The position numbers were made by a program, and so were the translations under genes. The notes beneath the pieces were generated by a model, which was given only the letters and a program-made list of their open reading frames with translations, was not told where the DNA came from and did no database searches. From Candidatus Pacearchaeota archaeon (GTDB lineage Archaea > Nanobdellota > Nanobdellia > Pacearchaeales > GW2011-AR1), in contig JAVZCO010000001.1 in the NCBI GenBank assembly GCA_038874355.1, positions 84,913 to 108,912 on the forward strand: a DNA stretch of 24,000 bases, in the 5' to 3' direction. This document shows positions 1 to 10,002 of the stretch, piece after piece; position 1 is the stretch's first letter, and each line of letters begins with the position of its first letter.

Positions 1-57
1 AGGGGAGTTTTTAATTATTTTGGAAATATTTATTAATTGAGTTAATTTTATAGAGAA

Positions 58-1428
58 ATGAAAAATGATATTGTAAAAATAGGCCTAGAAATACATTGTT
101 ATTTAACAACAAAAGAAAAATTGTTTTGTAGATGCAAAGCAATAAGACATTTTGTTAAACAAAATATAAAACCCAATACAAATATTTGCCCTATTTGTAC
201 AGGAATGCCTGGAAGTAAGCCTATGTTGCCTAACGAAGAAGCAATAAAAAAAGCAATTTCTATAGGATTAATATTAAATTGTAATATTAATAAAAAAATA
301 ATCTGGCAAAGAAAACATTATGACTGGCCAGATTTACCAAAAGGATATCAGATAACTCAATCCGGAAGTTATAGTATTCCTTTAGCAGAAAAAGGTTTTT
401 TTGATGGAATAAAAATAAAAGAATTACACTTAGAAGAAGATCCTGCTTCATGGAACCCAGAAACAGGAGAAATAGATTACAATAGGTCTGGCTTACCATT
501 AGTAGAAATTGTTACAGAGCCTAATTTTAATTCTTCTGAACAAGTTGTTGAATGGATAAAAAATCTTTTATTAACTTTATCTTACATAAAAGCAATCGAA
601 AAAAATGCAGGAATAAAAGTTGATGTCAATATATCAACAAATAATGGTGAGAGGGTAGAAGTAAAAAATATTTCTTCTATAGAAAACATAAAAAAAGCAA
701 TAGATTATGAATTAAAAAGACAAAAAAAAGAGACAGCAAAAAGAGAAACAAGAAGATTTGATGAAACAATAAATAAAACTGTAGTAATGAGAAAAAAGGA
801 AAAAGAAGAGGACTATAGATTTATACCAGAGCCAGATTTGCCTATACTAAAAATTTCTGAAAAAGAAATAGAAGATATAAAAAAATCTCTTCCAGAAACA
901 CCTTCGGAAAAATTAAACAAATTAATAAAAAAGTATAAAATAGATGAAAAGAATGCTAAAATTTTAACAAAAAATTTAGATATAGTAGAATTTTTTGAAG
1001 GAGTAGCAGAAAAAATAGATGCAAAATTTGCATTGCCATGGATAACTATAGAATTATTAAGAGTTTTAAACTATAATAAAAAAAGTTTAGATGAAGTTGA
1101 TATTAAAGTAGAACATTTTATAGAACTTTTAGAAGCCGTAAAAAATAAAAAAATAACAGAACTAAAAGCAAAACAAATTTTAAATGAATTTGTTCCTAAT
1201 TCCTTTTCAATAAAAAAGAACCTTAAAGAATTTGAAAAGATATCTGAAAAAGAAATTGAAAAAATTTGTAAAGAAGTAATAGAAGAGAATAAAAAAGCAG
1301 TTTCTGATTACAAAAATGGAGAAGAAAAAGCTTTATCTTTTCTTATTGGAGCAGTAATGAAAAAGAGTGATAGAAGAGCAGATATTAATTTAATTAAAAA
1401 AATTTTATTAAAGGAAATAGAAAAGTAA
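58..1428 (+). CDS. gatB: Asp/Glu-tRNA amidotransferase subunit B (GatB)
   Basis: 456-aa ORF. Motifs IGLEIHCYL...CRC...CPICTGMPGSKP, LHLEEDPA and DYNRSGLPLVEIVTEP, plus a C-terminal YqeY-like tail (ALSFLIGAVMKKSDRRAD). Length fits GatB rather than GatE. Confidence 0.85.
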   Translation: MKNDIVKIGLEIHCYLTTKEKLFCRCKAIRHFVKQNIKPNTNICPICTGMPGSKPMLPNEEAIKKAISIGLILNCNINKKIIWQRKHYDWPDLPKGYQITQSGSYSIPLAEKGFFDGIKIKELHLEEDPASWNPETGEIDYNRSGLPLVEIVTEPNFNSSEQVVEWIKNLLLTLSYIKAIEKNAGIKVDVNISTNNGERVEVKNISSIENIKKAIDYELKRQKKETAKRETRRFDETINKTVVMRKKEKEEDYRFIPEPDLPILKISEKEIEDIKKSLPETPSEKLNKLIKKYKIDEKNAKILTKNLDIVEFFEGVAEKIDAKFALPWITIELLRVLNYNKKSLDEVDIKVEHFIELLEAVKNKKITELKAKQILNEFVPNSFSIKKNLKEFEKISEKEIEKICKEVIEENKKAVSDYKNGEEKALSFLIGAVMKKSDRRADINLIKKILLKEIEK

Positions 1429-2550
1429 TCATTTTAATAATTCTAATATTGTTCCTATAAGAAATATTAAAGAAAATAAAAATATAATAAATTTATTTAT
1501 TTTTAATTCATACTCTGGTTTTCTTTCACTATTCTTTTTCGCATTATAATTCATAAATAAAATTAAAATTCCAGTTAAACCGCCAGAAATAACGCCACCT
1601 ATACCTAATATTTTTATAAAACTATCTATTTTAAATATATAAAATAACAAAAAAATAATGAATGGAACAAAAGAAGAAAAAATCCATCCTTTCATTCTTC
1701 CTAATTTTAAATCAAATCTAAACATGTCACGTATTGCAATAGACAAAGAAAAATAAGCTGTAAACAAAGTAAGTACAGCTAAAGATGAGTAAATTCTGTT
1801 TAAAGATAAAGTTGCAATTTCATTTATGTTTTCTGCAAAATTTCCTAACAATACAAAACTAAAAATAGAATATAATATAAAAGGAACTAAAGTTCCTATT
1901 ATTATTACATCTTTTATATAATTTTCTTTTCCATGCATAACTCTATTAACTTCTGGTATAGCAGAAAAACCTAAAAAACTAAAAAGAATAACACCAAAAG
2001 GCAAAAAAAAATTTTCTTTATTTACATACATTAGATTTTCTAATTTTATTGACTTTACATAATTAATAAAAATAATTAGAAACAAAATAATAACTAAAAA
2101 CATTGAAATTTTTTCATATTTTTTTAAGGCTTTTAATCCAATAAAAGTTAAATAACACATTATTAGCCAGAAAAAACAAGAAAAAATAAAACTATAATTG
2201 AAATTTCCAAAAATTAGATAAGATAAACTTTCTCCTTCAGCAATAATGTATGCTATTAAAGCAGAATATATACCAAAAATTGTTGCAAAAAACATTAAAA
2301 ATTTTCCTATTTCTCCAGTATATTTTTCTGCATATCCAACAAGTTGAAGATTTCCTTTTGTTCTTAATACTATTTCTCCTAAATATAATTTTATAGTAAG
2401 AATAAATAAAAAAACAAATAAAATAACTAATAAACCTGGTATAAATCCTGATTTACTAACAACATAAGGAATTCCTAAAAATCCTGCGCCTACAATAGTT
2501 CCAATTAATATTGCTAAAGCTGGAATAAATTTTAATATTGTTTTCACCAT
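1429..2550 (-). CDS. amino acid permease-like polytopic membrane transporter
   Basis: 373-aa ORF that is hydrophobic throughout (about 11 TM segments). N-terminal ILIGTIVGAGFLGIPY resembles the Aa_trans / Trp-Tyr permease families. Substrate cannot be inferred. Its stop codon abuts the gatB stop with zero spacer. Confidence 0.6.
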   Translation of the reverse strand: MVKTILKFIPALAILIGTIVGAGFLGIPYVVSKSGFIPGLLVILFVFLFILTIKLYLGEIVLRTKGNLQLVGYAEKYTGEIGKFLMFFATIFGIYSALIAYIIAEGESLSYLIFGNFNYSFIFSCFFWLIMCYLTFIGLKALKKYEKISMFLVIILFLIIFINYVKSIKLENLMYVNKENFFLPFGVILFSFLGFSAIPEVNRVMHGKENYIKDVIIIGTLVPFILYSIFSFVLLGNFAENINEIATLSLNRIYSSLAVLTLFTAYFSLSIAIRDMFRFDLKLGRMKGWIFSSFVPFIIFLLFYIFKIDSFIKILGIGGVISGGLTGILILFMNYNAKKNSERKPEYELKINKFIIFLFSLIFLIGTILELLK

Positions 2551-2590
2551 CTTTTTTACTATAAATCATAAGATATTACTTTTAAGATTA

Positions 2591-2662
2591 TAGGCCTACG
2601 AGGATTCGAACCTCGATTTCTCGGTCCGAAGCCGAGTAGTCTATCCATTGACTTATAGGCCT
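2591..2662 (-). tRNA. tRNA-Arg (anticodon UCG)
   Basis: Hand-folded 72-nt cloverleaf on the minus strand. Acceptor AGGCCTA/TAGGCCT; D arm AGTC-AATGGATA-GACT; anticodon arm CTCGG-CTTCGGA-CCGAG (anticodon TCG). Variable loop is 4 nt; T arm CGAGG-TTCGAAT-CCTCG; discriminator A; no encoded CCA. It forms a GC-rich patch in AT-rich DNA. Confidence 0.85.
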
Positions 2663-2676
2663 AATCTTCTAAATGT

Positions 2677-2688
2677 ATTTTAAATATA
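2677..2688 (-). promoter_or_regulatory. TATA-like box upstream of tRNA-Arg
   Basis: The minus strand reads TATATTTAAAAT about 22-26 nt upstream of the tRNA 5' end. This matches the spacing seen at other genes in the window. Confidence 0.4.
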
Positions 2689-2740
2689 CAATTATTATAT
2701 CGAAAGATTTAATAAATGTTTTTATTTAAAATTAATTATA

Positions 2741-4177
2741 ATGAAGAAGAAAAAAGAACTTGGAATAACAGCAAAAAAAGATGAATTTTCAGAATGGTTT
2801 ACTCAACTCATAATAAAAGCAGATTTGGCAGATTATTCTTCTGTTTCGGGATGTTTAGTTTATAAACCCTATTCTTATGCAATATGGGAAAAAATAAAAG
2901 AAATATTAGACAAAGAATTTAAAAAGATTGGAATAAAAAATTGTTATTTTCCTTTATTCATACCAGAAAAATTACTAGAAAAAGAAAAAGAACATGTCGA
3001 AGGATTTTCTCCAGAAGTAGCATGGGTCATTAAAGCGGGAAATACAGACTTAAAAGAAAAATTAGCTATAAGGCCTACAAGCGAAGCAATAATGTATGAT
3101 TCTTATTCCAAATGGATTAGAAGTTATAGAGATTTACCATTAAGATTAAATCAATGGAATAATGTTGTTAGATGGGAATTTAAAAACCCAATACCTTTTT
3201 TAAGAACAAGAGAATTTTTATGGAATGAAGGGCATCATGTTTATTCTAATGAAAAAGAACTAAATGAAGATAAAGAAAAAATACTAAAAATTTATTATAA
3301 TTTTATGAAAGAATATATGGCTTTACCTGGAATAATAGGAAGAAAAACAGAAAAAGAAAAATTTGCAGGAGCAAAAGCAACCTACACGATAGAAGTTATT
3401 TTGCCTAATGGAAAAGCTATTCAAGGACCAGATTATCATGATGATGGTCAAAATTTTTCAAAAGCATACAATATAAAATATTTAGATGAAGATGGAAAGG
3501 AAAAATATGTTTATCAATCAACTTATGCAATTTCAACAAGAATGCTTGGAGTTATGTTTATTGTTCATTCAGACAACAAAGGTTTAATATTACCACCTAA
3601 ACTAGCTCCAATACAAATTGTTATTGTTCCTATATTTTTCGAGAAATCAAAAGAGAAAGTTTTAAAAGAAGCAAAAGAATTAGAAAAAAAACTAAAAAAT
3701 TATAATGTTTTTTTAGATTCTAGAGAAAATTACAAACCTGGATTTAAATTTAATGAGTGGGAATTAAAAGGAGTTCCTTTGAGAATAGAAATTGGTCCTA
3801 AGGATATAGAAAAAAACCAGGTTGTTATTGTAAAAAGAACAACAAATGAAAAAAGAATTGTTAAAATTAAGAATATAGAAAAAGAAGTGAAAAAAACTTT
3901 GGAAGAAATACATAATGAACTTTATGAAAAAGCATTAAAACTAATGAACGAAAGTATTTTAATAGCTAAAGATTTTGAAGAGTTAAAAAGAATAATAAAT
4001 AATAAAAAAATTGCTTTAACTACATTATGTTCTTCAGAAGGATGTGAGGAAAAAATAAAAGAAGAAACATCTGCAAAAACCCTTAATATACCTGAAGATA
4101 AAAAAATAGGAAATGAAAAGTGTATTATTTGTAATAAAAAAGCGTCCTATTATGTTTATATTGGAAAAAGTTATTAA
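2741..4177 (+). CDS. proS: prolyl-tRNA synthetase, archaeal/eukaryotic type
   Basis: 478 aa. Shows the SEWFTQLIIKADL...YKPYSYAIWE start, RPTSE, FLRTREFLWNEGH and an anticodon-binding domain. The Cys-containing C-terminal domain ends in a terminal Tyr (...YIGKSY), characteristic of this ProRS type. Confidence 0.9.
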   Translation: MKKKKELGITAKKDEFSEWFTQLIIKADLADYSSVSGCLVYKPYSYAIWEKIKEILDKEFKKIGIKNCYFPLFIPEKLLEKEKEHVEGFSPEVAWVIKAGNTDLKEKLAIRPTSEAIMYDSYSKWIRSYRDLPLRLNQWNNVVRWEFKNPIPFLRTREFLWNEGHHVYSNEKELNEDKEKILKIYYNFMKEYMALPGIIGRKTEKEKFAGAKATYTIEVILPNGKAIQGPDYHDDGQNFSKAYNIKYLDEDGKEKYVYQSTYAISTRMLGVMFIVHSDNKGLILPPKLAPIQIVIVPIFFEKSKEKVLKEAKELEKKLKNYNVFLDSRENYKPGFKFNEWELKGVPLRIEIGPKDIEKNQVVIVKRTTNEKRIVKIKNIEKEVKKTLEEIHNELYEKALKLMNESILIAKDFEELKRIINNKKIALTTLCSSEGCEEKIKEETSAKTLNIPEDKKIGNEKCIICNKKASYYVYIGKSY

Positions 4178-4208
4178 ATTTAATTAAATTATTTTTTTAA
4201 ATTTTTAT

Positions 4209-5270
4209 CTAATTGTATTTATTTACCAATTCTTCTATCTTATCTTTAAATTTTTTTAAATTTTCTACATTAAGGGTAGCTCCTGTTGCCATTTCGTGAC
4301 CTCCACCAGTAGCGTTTTCTAATTTTTTTATTGCTTCTTCTGTAATCTTTTTGGCATTTTCCCCACGAATAGAAACATTTGCTTTTGAACCTTTTATATA
4401 AACAACAACAATAAATTTATCTGGGTTTTCATAAAATAGTTTATTAGAAAGATCTGCAGATAAAGAGAGATTCCCAGAATATTGAAAATATATTATCTTT
4501 TTCTCTTTTTTTATAAATTTTTTTGTACGTTCTAATAATTTATTAAATGTTTTTTCTACTTGATTAAATCTTTCTAACATAAAATTTGTTTTTTCTTCTT
4601 TTAATATTTCATAAGGAGATTTTATTTTTTGTAATATTTTTATCATTTTTACAACATTAGAAGTTTTGTCTTTTAAAGCAAAATTTAAAATTCTTACAAT
4701 CTTTCCAAACTCTGTTTTATATAATATATCAAAAGCATTTTTTATATTTTCATAATTTAATAATTCTTTGTAATCTTTTTTAAAATCGCTTATAAAATCT
4801 GGTATATAACCATCACTTATACAACCTGCTAAAGCTATCCATAGATCTTCTCTTTTTTTGTTTATTTTATAACACCAATATGTTACAGGCTCTTTAGATT
4901 TTTTTTCTCCTTTTGCAATATTATAATAATAAATTTTTTCTTTTTCTATATCATAATTTTGATTTACATCATGATGATCTATCCAAACAATGGGTATATT
5001 CATCTCATAAACTTTATTAATAAAATCTTTACTAACTAAAGGTTTATCTAAAATGAATACATAATCTGAATTTAATTCCTCTATTTTTTTTATATAACTC
5101 TTATTTAATTCTGGTCTAGATTTTATTGCAACTCCTTTTCCTTTATTAATAAAACGGCTCAACAAAAGAAAACTACACAAGCCGTCTAAATCGTCATCAA
5201 AAAAAAATAAAGGATTGTTTGTTTTTTCTAAATGAATTAATATTTCTTCTATTTGTTCTTTAGTTAACAT
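4209..5270 (-). CDS. DHH/DHHA1 family phosphoesterase (NrnA/RecJ-like)
   Basis: 353 aa with DHH motifs FFDDDLDGLCS, FILDKP, WIDHHD and GCISDGYIP, plus the DHHA1 motif TGGGHEMATGA. Its start lies 4 nt downstream of the disA stop, so the two form an operon. Confidence 0.8.
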   Translation of the reverse strand: MLTKEQIEEILIHLEKTNNPLFFFDDDLDGLCSFLLLSRFINKGKGVAIKSRPELNKSYIKKIEELNSDYVFILDKPLVSKDFINKVYEMNIPIVWIDHHDVNQNYDIEKEKIYYYNIAKGEKKSKEPVTYWCYKINKKREDLWIALAGCISDGYIPDFISDFKKDYKELLNYENIKNAFDILYKTEFGKIVRILNFALKDKTSNVVKMIKILQKIKSPYEILKEEKTNFMLERFNQVEKTFNKLLERTKKFIKKEKKIIYFQYSGNLSLSADLSNKLFYENPDKFIVVVYIKGSKANVSIRGENAKKITEEAIKKLENATGGGHEMATGATLNVENLKKFKDKIEELVNKYN

Positions 5271-5273
5271 TTT

Positions 5274-6407
5274 TTAAAATATTTTTTCTAACATAATATT
5301 TTCTTTTAGTTCGGATAATTCTTTTAAAAAATTATTTACCTTTTCTGGATTTTTTAGTATTTTTTCTAATTCTTTTGGATTACTATTTATTATTGAATCA
5401 AGATTATCGAAATGTTCTATAATCATTTTAATATCTTCCTTTGGGAAATCTAACTTATCAAGTAACCTATATCCTTTAGGTTTTATGTATTCTTCTTTTG
5501 TGTTAGGAAAATATATCTCTATGATTCTAGATGTTTCTAATAGATTATCAAAATTTAATTTAGAAATTTCTTTATTGTATTTTTTATTTTTTTCTTGGCA
5601 ATAGTCTTGTATTATTAATTTTTTTATTTTATCAACTTCTTTAATTAATTCTTTCATTCTTATTTTTAATAAGATTCCTTCATTTCCCAATTCTACTATA
5701 TCTTTTTTCATCATATTTGATATTCTTAAAATAATTTCTATTCTTTGTAATAAAGAAGAAACATCATTTATAGATACTAAGCTTGTAATTTCTAATTTAT
5801 TTAAATTTAACAAGAGATTGTTATAAATTTCTTTTTGTTTTTCTAATATCTGCAGTTTTTCTAAAGATTTATTTAAAATATCTCTTGTATCTCTTAAAGA
5901 ATATTTAAGATTATTATAATATAAAGTTATTGAAGATTTCCTTTCAGAAATCGCTATAACTAAAGTTTTTAGTTGTTTTGCTGTTCTTTCTGCAGCTTGA
6001 TGTCTTGATCCTGTTTCTTCTGTTAAAATTTTTGGGTCGGGAATTAATAAACAATTAGCATAGATAATTTTTTTTAAGTCTTTAGATAAAATAATAGCAC
6101 CATCCATTTTGCTTAATTCAAATAATCTTTGTGGAGTAAATTTGCAATTTAATTTAAAACCTCCGGAAATAATCTCTTCGACATTGCTAGAAGCAATAAC
6201 TATTAGAGCTCCTCTTCTTCCTAAAACAATATCATCTATTCCTCTTCTTAAAGGCGTGCCTGGAGAAACTAATTTCAAAGCATCTAAGATATCAAATTTT
6301 TCTTTCTTTTTTATTTCAATAAAATCCTCTTTCTTTTCTTCTACAGTATTTTTTAAAGAAATAAGATTATTGTCTATATTTTCCTCTTTTTTATTTTTTT
6401 CTTCCAT
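5274..6407 (-). CDS. disA: DisA-type diadenylate cyclase / DNA integrity scanning protein
   Basis: 377 aa. The DAC domain carries RRGALIVI, MDGAIIL and ETGSRHQAAERTA (DGA and RHR-type motifs). A long helical linker follows, then a C-terminal HhH-like region (IIEHFDNLDSIINSNPKELEKI). Confidence 0.8.
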   Translation of the reverse strand: MEEKNKKEENIDNNLISLKNTVEEKKEDFIEIKKKEKFDILDALKLVSPGTPLRRGIDDIVLGRRGALIVIASSNVEEIISGGFKLNCKFTPQRLFELSKMDGAIILSKDLKKIIYANCLLIPDPKILTEETGSRHQAAERTAKQLKTLVIAISERKSSITLYYNNLKYSLRDTRDILNKSLEKLQILEKQKEIYNNLLLNLNKLEITSLVSINDVSSLLQRIEIILRISNMMKKDIVELGNEGILLKIRMKELIKEVDKIKKLIIQDYCQEKNKKYNKEISKLNFDNLLETSRIIEIYFPNTKEEYIKPKGYRLLDKLDFPKEDIKMIIEHFDNLDSIINSNPKELEKILKNPEKVNNFLKELSELKENIMLEKIF

Positions 6408-6428
6408 TTTTTTAAATGGTTAGAAATA

Positions 6429-6436
6429 TTTATAAA
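6429..6436 (+). promoter_or_regulatory. TATA-like box (TTTATAAA)
   Basis: Lies 29 nt upstream of the ATG at 6458. This supports the shorter, leaderless start for the small membrane protein. Confidence 0.4.
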
Positions 6437-6457
6437 TTATGCTATTATAATACTTAT

Positions 6458-6658
6458 ATGAATAAATGGTTAGAATTATTGATAGGTTTAATACTTTTAG
6501 TAGGAGCAATTATTTTTGCTTTTAATTCTGCAAATTGGGGTGCTTTTTGGAATTTTAAACATGCTGCTTGGGAATTTTTTAAAGGTGGTTTAATTTGGTT
6601 TGTTATTTTAATAGGAGTATTATTCATTATTTTAGGAATATCTGATTTAAAAGAATAA
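6458..6658 (+). CDS. small two-TM membrane protein, unknown function
   Basis: 66 aa from the internal ATG (MNKWLELLIGLILLVGAIIF...), with two hydrophobic helices. The track start at 6416 has no promoter spacing and abuts the disA start (6407), which reads away on the opposite strand. Confidence 0.5.
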   Translation: MNKWLELLIGLILLVGAIIFAFNSANWGAFWNFKHAAWEFFKGGLIWFVILIGVLFIILGISDLKE

Positions 6659-6816
6659 AAAAGAAAGGGGGAAAAATTAAGCAAAAATAATTGCTTTTGA
6701 TAATTATTTCTATAAATTATTTTAAACTATTTTATTAATTAAATTTAAATATTTCTTAATACAAATTTCTTAATATAAATAGAAAAATATATTAATTTCT
6801 TCTTAGTTTTGAATTT

Positions 6817-8034
6817 ATGGAAGATAATTATTTATGTATCAAATGTAAAGGTAAAGGATTGTGTGGAAAAAAATGTCCTATATTAAATAAATTTAAAATT
6901 AAAAATTTAAAAAAAACTTATTTCTCAAGTTCTTTGCCTCCAGAAATTTTTGTTAGCACATACAATTATCCAAATGTAAATAGCGGAATTTTATCTCCAG
7001 AGGAATATGGAGATACTTCTTATTACTCTTCTTCTGAAATATGGTATAAAAATAATTATGATATAGAAAAAATTTTATTCTTGAGATCAAATTTAATTTA
7101 TTCAAAATTTAAAACAAAAATAAAATATGATCAAAAAAATAAATTTTTAGAAATAGCTAAAGAGATATCTTTAACAAATAAGCCTGTTTCTGCAGAAATC
7201 TTTCTTTTAAAACCAATAAAAAATAAAATTTTAATTAATAATTATTATCCCGTCATAGGAAATCCCGCTCCTCTAAAAAATATAAGATTAGGAGAAAATA
7301 TAAAAACAGAAAGGAAAGCAGAATATTTATTAAATGATATTGACGTAAAGGCAGAGGATGCTATAATAGAATTATATAAATCTAAATTAAAAATAGAGCA
7401 GATAATAAGACTTTTATCTGTTGGGAATTTAGGAAGGAAAAAAGAAAGAAAATTAGTTCCTACAAGATGGAGTATTACTGCTACAGATGATATTATCTCA
7501 AGAAAACTTTTAGAAAAAATAAAAACATATCAAGAAATTTCTGAAATTTTAGTTTTTAATTCCTACTACATAGGAAATCATTATGAATTTATATTAATTC
7601 CAGACAAATTCTCCTTTGAAGTTATAGAAGCAAAGCTAACTGGAAGTGTATGGAACCCTAACATGCCAACATATTTTGCAATAGACTATGAAGATTTTTA
7701 TGGAAGGAAAAAATATGCTAAAAATGTAACTGGAGCATATTATGCAAATAGATTAGCTTTATGTGAGTATTTAAAAAAAATAAAAAGACAAGCTGCTTGT
7801 TTAGTAATTAGAGAATGCAGAAAAGAGTATTATGCTCCTTGTGGTGTTGGTGTATTGAGAGAAGCAAGCAGAGGGGCTTTTTCTAAAGAAGCTGAAAGAT
7901 TCTCTAGCTTAAAAGATGCTTTTGAAGTCATACAAAAAAGATTAAAATTACCTATAAAAAATTTTATAGAAAAATCTTGGTTAATAAAAAAATATAAAGA
8001 ACAAAAAAAGATAACTTACTATTTATCTAACTAA
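6817..8034 (+). CDS. nreA: NreA-family DNA repair protein (Nre_N/Nre_C)
   Basis: 405 aa. Has the N-terminal Cys cluster CIKCKGKGLCGKKCPIL and the motifs LVPTRWSITATDD and YYAPCGVGVLREA, as I remember them for archaeal NreA. Confidence 0.7.
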   Translation: MEDNYLCIKCKGKGLCGKKCPILNKFKIKNLKKTYFSSSLPPEIFVSTYNYPNVNSGILSPEEYGDTSYYSSSEIWYKNNYDIEKILFLRSNLIYSKFKTKIKYDQKNKFLEIAKEISLTNKPVSAEIFLLKPIKNKILINNYYPVIGNPAPLKNIRLGENIKTERKAEYLLNDIDVKAEDAIIELYKSKLKIEQIIRLLSVGNLGRKKERKLVPTRWSITATDDIISRKLLEKIKTYQEISEILVFNSYYIGNHYEFILIPDKFSFEVIEAKLTGSVWNPNMPTYFAIDYEDFYGRKKYAKNVTGAYYANRLALCEYLKKIKRQAACLVIRECRKEYYAPCGVGVLREASRGAFSKEAERFSSLKDAFEVIQKRLKLPIKNFIEKSWLIKKYKEQKKITYYLSN

Positions 8035-8589
8035 AAAAATCAAAAGAGTTTCAATTAAAGCTGCTAAAAAGAGTAATGGTAAAATAACATAAATAAATAT
8101 TTCCAATATTAAGGAAAATTCTTTAAAAAATTTATCTTTAAAATTCTTTCCTTTTTTTAAAATAGAAATACCTAACTTTAAACCAAAAGCGAAAGATAAG
8201 AGAACCGCAAATAATTCAAATATACCATGTGGCAATAATTTCCATAGATTCATTACATCATTATTTTTTATTGAAAACTTTATTATATAACCTAATATAT
8301 AACCATTAATTAAAGTTAAAAATAATGGATAAATTCCAAAAAATAAACCAAAAATTAAACCAAAAAAAGCTGTTTTTAAATTATTTTGAAAAATAAAAAT
8401 AAAAATTTGAAAAAAATTCATTCCTTCTGTGATCTTTAATATTTCTTTAATAAGATTATTTATTTTTTCTTCTAAGGAAAAATAAAAAAAATATCCTAAT
8501 ATACTAGAAAAAAAATAAAGAATTAAAATAAAATAAATATAATTTCTATTTTTTTTTATATAATTAATATATTTTACATATTTATTCAT
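8023..8589 (-). CDS. SpoIIM-like (DUF95) integral membrane protein
   Basis: 188 aa, multi-TM, with LPHGIFELFAVLLSFAFGLKLG typical of the stage II sporulation protein M family. Its 3' end overlaps the nreA 3' end by 12 nt (convergent). Confidence 0.6.
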   Translation of the reverse strand: MNKYVKYINYIKKNRNYIYFILILYFFSSILGYFFYFSLEEKINNLIKEILKITEGMNFFQIFIFIFQNNLKTAFFGLIFGLFFGIYPLFLTLINGYILGYIIKFSIKNNDVMNLWKLLPHGIFELFAVLLSFAFGLKLGISILKKGKNFKDKFFKEFSLILEIFIYVILPLLFLAALIETLLIFLVR

Positions 8590-8591
8590 TT

Positions 8592-9227
8592 TTATCTAAA
8601 AATCTTTCTTAATAAATTTACTTTATTCCTATATTTTCTTTTTAAATAAAATCCATACAATAAACCTATAATAAGACCTCCTAAATGGGCAGTATTTGCA
8701 ATAGTTAAACCTAAACTAATAGAAACTGCCCATAGAGCCAAAAGCATAAAAAGCATTCCTAACCAAAGGGGCATTGGTAAAAAGAAAAATACATAAACTT
8801 TTATTTTCGGCAATAAAATCATTAATAAACCACCCAAAGCAAATAAAGCACCAGAAGCTCCAACAGCATAAGAATTAATGTCTTTATTGAATAAAAAACT
8901 AAACAAAACAAAAAATAAAGCTGCAAAAATTCCACTTAAAATGTAAAATCTAAAAAATCTTTTTCTACCAATAATTTTTTCAACAAAATTCCCAATAAAA
9001 AATAAAGAAATCATATTGGCAAATAAATGGAATGAATTAGCATGCATAAAAAAATGGGTTATGATTGTCCATAAGTATTTTCCTTTCAAAATAAATAATG
9101 GATTTAAAGCTAAATATTTTGTTAAATCTAATTGAACTATAAAAAAAATATTAAATATAAAGAAAAAAAGTATATTTATTATGATAATTAAATTTGTAAC
9201 ACTAATAAAAAAATATTTATTTCTCAT
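8592..9227 (-). CDS. rhomboid family intramembrane serine protease
   Basis: 211 aa. Motifs HANSFHLFANM, the catalytic GASGALFALGG and the catalytic His in AHLGGLIIG. Confidence 0.85.
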   Translation of the reverse strand: MRNKYFFISVTNLIIIINILFFFIFNIFFIVQLDLTKYLALNPLFILKGKYLWTIITHFFMHANSFHLFANMISLFFIGNFVEKIIGRKRFFRFYILSGIFAALFFVLFSFLFNKDINSYAVGASGALFALGGLLMILLPKIKVYVFFFLPMPLWLGMLFMLLALWAVSISLGLTIANTAHLGGLIIGLLYGFYLKRKYRNKVNLLRKIFR

Positions 9228-9862
9228 TTTTTCTTTTTAAAAGATTTTTTTATAATCTTTTTCTTATTTTTTAATCTATCTTTTCTCTTTTTTTCTTTTA
9301 ATATAGCCTCTCTTCTTTTTTTATTTTTTTCCTCTTTTAAAGACAAATCTTTTATTTCTTCCTCTACATTTTTTATTTGTTTTTCTTTCTTTTCTATAAG
9401 AGACTTTAATTCATTTATCAAAAAAGAATTATCTTTTAATTCATAAATGTTTCCACATTCTGGACAGGTAAAATTATTAAATAAAGCATTTTCTTCTGAT
9501 ATATCTATTACGCAAGTTTTACAGAAATAAAATCTTTTTGTTTCTCTACTCTTTAGTTTATTTATTAATTCATTTTTTTCTTTTTCTAATTCTTTCTTTA
9601 AAAATTCTAAACATCTTTTTTTATCTAATGTCCAATAATATGTATACCATCCTTTCTTATTATCTTTTTTCCTTGTAAAAGATACTATTCTATGATTAGA
9701 AAGATTATATAGTATATTTCTAACTTGATTTATTGTAAGATTTAATTTTTTTGTTATTAAAAATTCATTAACATTTTTTTTATTTTCTAAAATTTTAAGT
9801 ATATTTACAGCTTGTTTACCAATAACTCTTTCTATAGCATTTTCTAATAATTTTTGTTGCAT
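9224..9862 (-). CDS. tfe: transcription factor E (TFE-alpha / TFIIE-alpha homolog)
   Basis: 212 aa. N-terminal winged helix (VRNILYNLSNHRIVSFTRKKDNKKGWYTYYWTLD) and zinc ribbon (FCKTC...CPECG), followed by a Lys-rich tail. It overlaps the rhomboid start by 4 nt. Confidence 0.8.
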   Translation of the reverse strand: MQQKLLENAIERVIGKQAVNILKILENKKNVNEFLITKKLNLTINQVRNILYNLSNHRIVSFTRKKDNKKGWYTYYWTLDKKRCLEFLKKELEKEKNELINKLKSRETKRFYFCKTCVIDISEENALFNNFTCPECGNIYELKDNSFLINELKSLIEKKEKQIKNVEEEIKDLSLKEEKNKKRREAILKEKKRKDRLKNKKKIIKKSFKKKK

Positions 9863-9975
9863 CTTCTATTTTAATAATTTTTATTTTCTATAGTTCTTAT
9901 TTTAATAGGCTATTAAAGATTATATATCTTTTGTTTTTAAAAGATAGTAACTACTTTATAGTTTATGCAAAAATA

Positions 9976-9983
9976 TTTATATA
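9976..9983 (+). promoter_or_regulatory. TATA-like box (TTTATATA)
   Basis: Lies 27 nt upstream of the ATG at 10003. This supports that start over the TTG at 9931 used by the ORF track. Confidence 0.45.
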
Positions 9984-10002
9984 TAGAAAGAGAATTTTTT
10001 TT

